This document shows, piece after piece, positions 55,260-64,000 of a stretch of DNA of 64,000 bases. The notes beneath the pieces were generated by a model. The model saw only the letters and a list, made by a program, of their open reading frames with translations, did no database searches and had not been told where the DNA came from. Position numbers and translations under genes: made by a program. Source of the stretch: Balanoglossus misakiensis (Eukaryota > Animalia > Hemichordata); assembly GCA_040954595.2 (NCBI GenBank), contig CM082593.2, forward strand, positions 434,001 through 498,000, in the 5' to 3' direction. Each line of letters opens with the position of its first letter. Position 1 is the stretch's first letter.

Positions 55260-55577
55260 CTGTTAACACAAGAGGAGAAACTGTTAAAAACTTTCATGAG
55301 TTGAATTCACTAAATTTTATCGTTATTTAATCAAACCAGAGCACATACTTCTGTGTGAGTTGGTGCCATACAATCATAGAACCTCTTCAGGGAAAAAATC
55401 ATTCCTGATTTAAACTTTTATGAGAACTTATTCTTAATTGTGTGAATGCTTCAATAAAATAGTGTATCAGCCGGATAATATAACATTTGTAAAATATGTA
55501 CGACTGAAATATCTTACGTATCTCATCAAGAACATATTTCAATCATAAATTAACACAAACTCATTACATGCACATAC

Positions 55578-56482
55578 CTTGGTCATTGGAAACGGACAGG
55601 CACCAGCGCAAAAGTATGCGTCGAATGACTTTGGTGAAATGACGTAATTATTCCAACCAATCATGCCGAAGTCCACTTTCATAAATCTTCTGGAACAAAG
55701 ATCCCATTGACTCTCACCATAATCATCATCACGATCACCAGATTTCTTTCTACTTTTCTTCCGCTGTTTCTCCAGGAGGGTTTTCGTGTGCTTGCGCTTG
55801 GACTTGATCTTGCGCGCGCGCGTGCGTTTCTTGGTCTTGCGTTTTCGGTTCCTTTCGGAGAACTTCGGAAAGGTCTCATGCACGGTGTAGTATGTTTCCT
55901 CATCCATGATTTCGGGATATTCGTTGGTTTGTAGTGGAACGTTGTGGACACTTCTTCTTTGTCTCCCACTGTAGGTCATGTTGCCATGGAGATACATGTC
56001 GTCTGGTTCAAGCCCAGAGCTGTCGGCATCGTTCTCAGTCTCGCTTTGTGCTTGCTCAGACTTGTCTTCTTTGAGGTTGTAATCTTTGGTGAAAACCATC
56101 ACAAAAGGAGTGGAATGTCTAATAACGTTCTCTTCAATGTATCTTAGGGATGTCTGCGCCGAAAACTTTGAGACCACACCTTTCTCAAGTCTAAACCGGA
56201 GAGCAAAAGAAGTTGCTAAGCGATGTCGTCTTGTCATATTCAAGCGACTTGTCAGATCCGCCACTTGCCATCCATCACTCGCTGCAGGAACATTCAACGA
56301 ACGAATCAGTTGACATCGTGACGGATAGATTTCCAAAATGTCTAGCTTTATTTTTGCCTCGTCGTCCTTGCCCAGGTCAGTCTTAAACTTGAAGAAATGA
56401 AACTGCAAGGAGACGACGCCCTCTTCTGGCGGAAGTGATGTCAAGTCGAACCTAAACAAGTTGTCCATTTCACAGATGGGAC
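55578..56482 (-). CDS. BMP3: BMP3/GDF10-type precursor, exon 2 of 3 (prodomain, RQRR site, basic region, first half of ligand)
   Basis: Acceptor ctgtag|GT, phase 1; FDLTSLP, GWQVADL, PFVMVF prodomain motifs; [17 protein letters not shown] resembles BMP3 RKKRS...PLQNNELP; [14 protein letters not shown]...[21 protein letters not shown]; donor AAG|GTATGT, phase 0. Confidence 0.92.
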
Positions 56483-59400
56483 CTACAGCATAGAAATGCA
56501 AACAAAGACAATATCAATTTTCAAATGCGATAAAATCAGACAGAACTATTCCAAACAAGTAACTGACACGACGAACATCTTTCCTAGTTCAGGACAAAAA
56601 GGAAAACTGTACACAAGGATGAGTTGTTTGTCTTCATTACACTTCATTGCTTGCAAGCGCCGATAAAAGGTCAAGGTTAGCATAAATTGCAGCTTTAACT
56701 TTGCGAGGATGTGGCAAGCCAGAGCACCACGCAAACACAAGATTAATGGTAACGCCTCTGGTAGTTGCTGGTAAAGAGGCCAGTAGTTTACGACAATGCT
56801 GACGGCATACCGTATTACGTGAACGTCTATCACAATTACGTCACTTCAAAATGCCATCAAGCCAGGACTGATTGCGCTCCGACTCGTGTTACTGATTGGT
56901 CAGCAAACTGACTGAAACATGTAAGGTGTTTGTATGTCATCACGCCTGTTAACTGTGTCCCCTGGCACTGACTCTACGGAACCAGAGTAAGATATCATCT
57001 GAGATGTTATTCAGTAATCCTTGTTTAGGCTGAAGGAAGTTACAGTCCTTTATTCGGTTGTGGGAGTTCTTCAAATCAGAACTGTGGTTTCCGGCGGCGG
57101 TTTTGGTGTAGTTCTGTGATAATATCTTCAGAGTGACAGGAAATGGAACAGTGGCCCTTCTTCGTCTGGAGTCAAGATTTGGAGTCAAGATTTACAGATG
57201 AATTGGACAAGTGTAGCCTTTCTGTACAGAGGGGACCATATGACAAACGTCACATTTTATCATCGATAAAAATTATAAAGTGCATTAAAATACCATAAAG
57301 GTCAAAGCATTTGTTGCCACAAAGGAGAAAGGTTAATCCGTCGTCAGCTGATACGCGTCTCTGATGCTGAAAGATCGTCTATTATGCGCGCGCATCCAAA
57401 CTCTCTGGAGCTGTTGTCCTGTTTGACTTGAAGCAATGCTTATATTTTGTCAGTGGGTACATTCAAACAGCAGCTGTTGCAGAAATTGTACGAAGCAATC
57501 ATAAACATGCGCTGGCAGAAATATTTAGGTCATGAACTCCTTAAAATTGTTTTACCCAAGTTCATCGGACCCGTGGCAAGAATGCGCTCTGGTCTCCAAC
57601 TCATATTTGCCATGTGCGTTTTCAAAACGTTTTTTTATAAGGAGATACTTATATTAATTCTGCGTTTGGTGGTAGTTCTTATGACCTCTGAACTCTATGA
57701 ACTCTGCAACCAACATCTAAACTAAAAAAACTTGGTTTGACTGACGCGTATACCAGTTACCAACCACACTCTTACTTTAACCTACTTTTCAGTATTCCAG
57801 TACATCAATTTTCCTTCAACTGTAATTCACTTAGTACAAATCCGCACACAGGTCATGCTCCAAAAAACGCAAAAATCCACTCAGACTTACAATTTAAGTA
57901 TGTTGGGAAGCCCATTACAGACCAACCATAGTGTCGGTTTTCGATACTTGAAAGCAGACGAAGTAGCGAATAATGGGCTCTTTGCCAAAACCCATACGAA
58001 CACTTTTCTCGTATTACCAAAGAGGCATGTGTACCTTGGTGGTGTTTTCTTGACCATGCGGCGCGATCGCCTCTTTTCGCTTAGCGTAATTACCCTTTGC
58101 ATCAACCAAAACATGTTACACGCTCGATCAAATGTTCACGCGGTAGCTAAGCTTTTATACCCCTGGGGTTTCTCCTTTTTTCTGTCACTGTTTAAAACAC
58201 GAAATCGAAATCTCGGCGTGACGCACATGGCTTTGCGTTCTTTGTCAGATGTGTACTGCACAGCACAGTATTACGCCCAAGACAACCCCCCCCCCCCTAC
58301 AATAGGCCCTCCCCTACAAAAGATAGTTGAATCCGTCGCCCTTTTTAACTCGCATTACTGCATTTGCCAAGTCCATTTCGAGGTGGCGTTTCTTCGCTGC
58401 AAGACAAAGCAAACTCAGCCATACCAGAGATATTTCTCCCAAGAGTTATGTATTTGAACTGTAGGGGACCATGATGCAGTTTGACAGATGACTTTCCACT
58501 TGACCTTCTAAGCTTTCTAGAATCACACGCGTGAGAAAATATACCGATTGCATATTTTGCTAATAAAATATCGAAAACAACAGCTTTACAAGCAAAATTG
58601 TTCCAAAAGTACATCTGAAAACAAATATTACGTAGTATGATATTGCTAATTGAAAATCCCCATGTGCATATTTGGAATTTTCCATTTGCTTTCGGAATCC
58701 TGTTCATGGTGGGTTCTTTTTCACTGGTGTTTATTAGAAGTTACCCACTTTGCCCGCGATGCGTACCCAGGGAAGTCCGCGATTCCACTTTTTTCCCATC
58801 TTTTCTAGCCAAGCCAATATTTGAGGGACTCTCCCTCAAAACATCGTAGATCAGTTATAAGGAGACTGAAGTTGGCCGACCTATTGGCCAAGCCGTGTGG
58901 ATCGGACATCGATGAGACGATATCATACTCGTTTGTTGCGCATTGCCTGCGGCGAAAATAACGTGTAAACCTCGTGCGAGTTTACGTAAGACTGTAGGGA
59001 ATCGCTAACATTTAGATTACAAAACACATGTGACATTATACTCCTTGACTGATCTACACGTGTTCCACGCCGTGTTCTCGTCTCTCAATGCCAGGAAGAA
59101 CACGTCAACCCTCAGCGCCTTCTAGACATGGATGCCCATGTGAGAGACGACAAACTCTTGCTGTTAATGTGCATTTTTATAGAGTGGTTAGAAAGGAGCA
59201 AAACATTAAGCTTCGGTTCTGAATATTGTTTATAACAGCCTAATTCCATTCACTCAAAGGAACACCCAACGTGACACAGACTTCAGTCGCCGGGACTTCT
59301 GCTGAAGTCAAAGGCGCAGTCTCAAACAAGAAAGCACATTTTGTCCTCTGCCTCAATTTTCTCGTTTTTTAACGTTAACTCCCAAGGTCAAAACGTCAAC

Positions 59401-62400
59401 TTGAGTCCATTTTGACTTGGGTCCTAAAGAAGACAGCCCCTTTTAAGAACTCCTGGCATTGCTCGTTAAACTGAGTGTTGGCGTAAGGGTGTCTGCTTGA
59501 GACTGCACTTTCAAAGACAGATATTGTCGGGGAGCGGGCACTTACGCTAATTAGGGGACATTTTGGGATTTCCGTTTGTGTCCTTGCTGAATGCTGCACA
59601 ACTCAGGTGTCGTTTCAACGAAGCATGACGAAATCACGCTTAATGACAGACTTGAGAGTGGCTGAATCGACTTTAATTACTACCCCCAAAGGCGTATACT
59701 TTCCCCGCTGTAATTTACTTGAAAACACTGTTTCCCCATAATTGCTTTTGATGCTGAGGGTTTTCCAAAGGAACCGGAGACTATTTTACGCAAAAGGTTG
59801 TGAGGGGGGCTTAATCACTCTGTTTGGTTAATACCAACTATTTCATTGTATTGTCGTGTTTTAAAAGGATTGTCGACAATGGTACAATATGCACCTCGTT
59901 TCAGTTTGATGGGCTTAAACTAAGTACGGAAAAATCGGCTTTTACAAAGTCTATAAATCAATCTTCCTAAAATCTACTTCTCTTTTGTACCATCGGTACT
60001 TGTTGTTCTCTTTTCCAGGTTTTACGAATATGCGCCGTTTTTTGTTGTGCTCCGTGTCTGTGAATCGCCAGAAGATCCAAACATCATTGTCAGAGATTGC
60101 AATAAGCTTGTATCGTCAGAATCGCCAGAAATGGTTTTCGGGCTTCTAAAGCATCATACGCTGTTCAAAGTTTCCCTATAAATATTTTCACATCTTACAA
60201 CAGTACTATAATTGTCTCAGAGAGAAATTAATTTCCCAATTACATTCATTCTGGTATTCAAAGCCATGCGTAACACGGTAGCCATAGCTAAAGTGCGTCC
60301 ATAAGAGATCGAAATAACATCCAAAGACGATTACTCAAAATGTGATAGACGCGTACCATACTCTGAAAGATCAATGTTATCGATATTTCCATTACGAGTT
60401 CTACGTGTTTTGCCTGTCCTTGAACATATATAATGGACATGAATTATTAAACAAAGTGCTGTGATAGAAACATCTGCCACAACTAGAGGCGTATCCTGTC
60501 TACAAAGAATATTGTCGTCAAGTTCTTTTCAACTTGCGATATTACTTGAAATTAAGTTCTGTTTGTTGTCGTTACAATTAAAAGCAAGTCAGTTTGAAAT
60601 TTCCTCTGTTTCCGGGTAGCTCCCGCCAGCAATCTGATGAACTATTCTTTTATTTGTTCAATTCTTTTTGTGTGACTTCTTACCATACAGTTTGTTGTTT
60701 GCAAACTTTTCGCTTCATATAATTCCTGGCAACAGTGGTCTGCCTTGGGCAGAAATATAATCGCGTCATCGATAGGCTAATTGGTCGCCATTTCAATGAG
60801 TTTAGGGTTTGATTAGCCAATCAATTGTGGTGTACCACGAGGAGCTTCTGTTGGATTAGGCACTTAACAGGTGTTCAAATCTGTCAAATTGATCATGTGA
60901 TATGCAGCTTTCTGCAAAAGATATGTGGACCACCAAAGATAGTTTTGGCGATATGCCAATTGCCGTGCATATTTTTTCTGCCATGTCTATCACAGGCACT
61001 TTACGCACAGTCACAAAAAATGACAGAAGCGAGGGTCTGTTTTAACTCGGGTGGTTTCATTGGTTGATTGATAGCTCCATTTGGTTCTCGAGTGACGAAG
61101 GTCCCGGCATCCTAAATTTGACCCATTTTATTTTCAATTTTTTTCTCGGTTCATGAAGTTCCTCAAACGTGCTCATGTCACTAAATACCTCCCTACAGTG
61201 ACTGGGGAAATTGCAGGAACGAGCATGAAACCATGGTGACACGCTTGTTACCGAGAGAGTGTTTACTCTTCATGACAGATTGATTTGTAAACTCTTTCCT
61301 CCTGCCTCACTGTTGACGGCACGATCAAGGGACGATCGGGGTAGTTGGCCCAAGCAGTACATCATTTGCAGTGCATTCAATCAAGGCATGTCCACTTTGA
61401 TAGTTGTTTTCAAAGGGCTTTCTATAAATATTATAGTTCAATCCTTTCGCCTGGCGAGCAGCTGGGCACGCTGATCTCAGAAAATCGCCTGTGATGTTTA
61501 CAAGAAATTCGGCGGACTAGTGTCAGTTGTCAAATGTATACCCTTTGAATTTCTCTGACTTCACCAAAAAGAAATTAACGGTCATCAAATAAAACATGGC
61601 GACAGAATGTCTTATAAAACGCGATGCAATGAATATAATTCAAACTCCAAGACGTTTGCCTTAGCGTCAATCACACAAGCTGAAGAAGCGGTCAACAAAC
61701 TTGGAAGCAAAGAAGGCCAAAAGCTCGTCATCAGGTTTTCAGATCCCGGTGTACAATTTCCAGTACGTCAAGGATCGAGTCGTCGTCCATTGTTAGCGCT
61801 TTCTTTTTCTTTCCTATTGTTATGCCATTTTGTTGTTGTACAGTGTTTGTTTTATTTATTTACACGTCCTCTTTCTTCCGACCAGGTTGTTCTGGTTCAA
61901 GACACGTGATCGATCGGGTATTCACGAAAATTCAAAACCGGCTGGTCTCCTCCAGCGTACGGGCACATGGTGGGAGGCGATTCACTGGTCGAATTAAGCG
62001 CACAATGCGTCTCTCCGTTAGTCATATTCTCATTTTCGGTAACACCCTCTTGACGTTAGTCGCTTGGTAGTCATGGTTACTGCAGTGGCAAAAATTGGTG
62101 GAGTGCTCAGGCTCCATAGACCAAAATAAGGGCGTCAATGGGAATGAGAAACTACTACATGTAGCTCTGCTTGTTGTCGGGACCTGTGTCTTGCACCATG
62201 TAGGCCTATAGGCAGGGGATTGGCGAATCAATCAGTGCAGTCACGGTGTCACGCAGGCCGTTGCACCAGCATCCAAAATCGCCATGGTAACAATGTTATT
62301 AAAATAACTTTCAGTTTTGTAAGTAGTACATGTATAAAGGCTGGCGTCAAATCGCCCGAAATCTCATTTTAAATTCGCCCCAAGTCATTGTCAACGTCAT

Positions 62401-63689
62401 ATGTGTTTCGAACATACAATTGGGGCATGCTGTGCTATGTCGTCCGACAAACTAGCGCCACAAGACAGAAGTGTTTGTCGCGAAATTTGACCTCTCTCCG
62501 GCAGTCAACACTCGCACGGCTCCGTCAGTTCTCGTTATATGTGACAAACTCGACACATGGGCTTGTAACTAGAGACGAGGGTCATGTGTAAAGGGTAAAA
62601 CAAGGCTTGGAAATGTCTCCCTGGTTTTACAGGTTCAGATTCGACATGCGCGTATATCATGTCACTTTCTAAATTGTAAACAAGTAATATATTTTTGTGT
62701 TGTTTGACAAAATAGTCAAAATGAACTTCAGCCATTTTTCAGAACTCGTAGAGCAAACAGAGACATATTCACGTATTAAAAGGTTGACTTTCCGAATGTG
62801 AAGCCGACTTAAGAAAGTTGAAACCAACGGCGTTTGTTCGATTTCAAAAGAGGTGTTCGTTTCCTAAAACATCGTCACACGCAGTACAATCTACACAGCA
62901 ACAGAAAGAAATGTACATTCACACGCGCCAAAAACTAGACACACTCCAGCAACACTGAAAGAAATGGTTGTGAGTTCTCAATACTGACGTGATCATTTTA
63001 CGCAAACAGTTAGGTTTAAATCAGTAACTCTATCTCCCCAATGTAATTACAATTTCGCGGAGGGAACCTGAAAGGATTGGGTCAGAACTGATAAGAATGG
63101 GACAGTGAATATCATCTTGGGCCAATAAGACAAATTACTTTTGGCTGTTTACTGTTCCCAAAGTCGATAACGATTCGAAGACTCTAGACGGCTTGTAAGA
63201 AAAGCTGATTCAAGAAAATTAAACACCGTTCAAATTAATCCGTAGTGCGGAACAAACATGAATAAAAAATGGTCCGTTCCCTGTTTCTCCGAGTCTACTT
63301 TGCGAATAACCGTGACGGTGGTGGAAAGTCTCCACTGCCAACAATCTTGCTGCATAGCCTCCTCCCTTTATGCGTAAAAAAATAATTTGCACTAATATTT
63401 TAATACCCTCTACGAAACGAATATCGCGAGGGGGAAATTACATGTACTTTGTAAACGCAGTCTTTTGGTTTGTAGATGTATTGAGGCTCTTAATCCAATA
63501 TTGGCATTAGTGGTTAACTGTCAATATACTTGCAAAAGAGAAATTTGTCCAGCGATGTTTGATATTTGTTTAGGTTAGCTAATTCCCAGTAATGGATAGC
63601 CGAAGTTGTATGCGTTTGTGATTTGATCGTTTGCTAGTTAGTAATAGTTCCGACTGATTAGGGAACTGTTAAAAAATGTTCAACAATAC

Positions 63690-63963
63690 CTAGTTGTGGC
63701 CGGAGAGTTCGTATTGTGTTCCATTTTCTTCCCTGGTTCCATTCACTGGCTTTTGACAAGTGCTGTAAAAGATGAACCATGTGTCTCGGTGGTTCCACGC
63801 TGTTCCCCTGCTGTGGCTCGAACTCTGGCAGGTTAAATAATGTCTTCAGGGTCTGTTGAAGAGCCAAAACTTTCTCGTTTTCCGAGTCCGGATTGGCGTT
63901 TCTTTGACCAGTGGTCAAGCGGAGAAACAGCCAGACCACAAGCAGGGTCAATTCTGCCTTCAT
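63690..63963 (-). CDS. BMP3: BMP3/GDF10-type TGF-beta family precursor, exon 1 of 3 (signal peptide, prodomain start)
   Basis: ATG 63963; signal peptide MKAELTLLVVWLFLRLTTG; BMP prodomain motifs L..LFNL, PPRHMVHL, NTIRTL; donor CTAG|GTATTG, phase 1, compatible with exon 2. Confidence 0.8.
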
Positions 63964-64000
63964 ATTCACGTGTCAAATCCAACACCGTCTTTTTGTGTCT

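Noticed and set aside
57855-58457. 200-aa plus-strand ORF in BMP3 intron 1
   Set aside because: No recognisable motif, random-like composition, includes a poly-C run, and lies antisense within an intron.

Overview
This is AT-rich, intron-containing animal genomic DNA, probably from a marine invertebrate deuterostome such as a hemichordate (an inference only). It has no prokaryotic features. Four genes lie on the minus strand, and their exons were assembled by hand from GT-AG sites with consistent reading phase: (1) the 5' coding end of a secreted type-B carboxylesterase/cholinesterase that runs off the left edge and is absent from the ORF track; (2) a 4-exon, 444-aa rhodopsin-class neuropeptide GPCR of the tachykinin/leucokinin/luqin-RYamide/GPR83 group; (3) a 2-exon, 467-aa BMP9/10 (GDF2/BMP10) precursor; (4) a 3-exon, 456-aa BMP3/GDF10 precursor whose last exon is absent from the ORF track. 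The tandem BMP3/GDF10 then BMP9/10 arrangement matches the adjacent GDF10-GDF2 pair in vertebrates. Between the two BMP genes, on the opposite strand, is a compact 139-aa ORF that looks like a real protein of unknown family and is the best candidate for something undescribed. Non-coding features include several MITE-like inverted-repeat elements, three tandem CTCF-like motifs upstream of BMP9/10, and candidate enhancer motifs.
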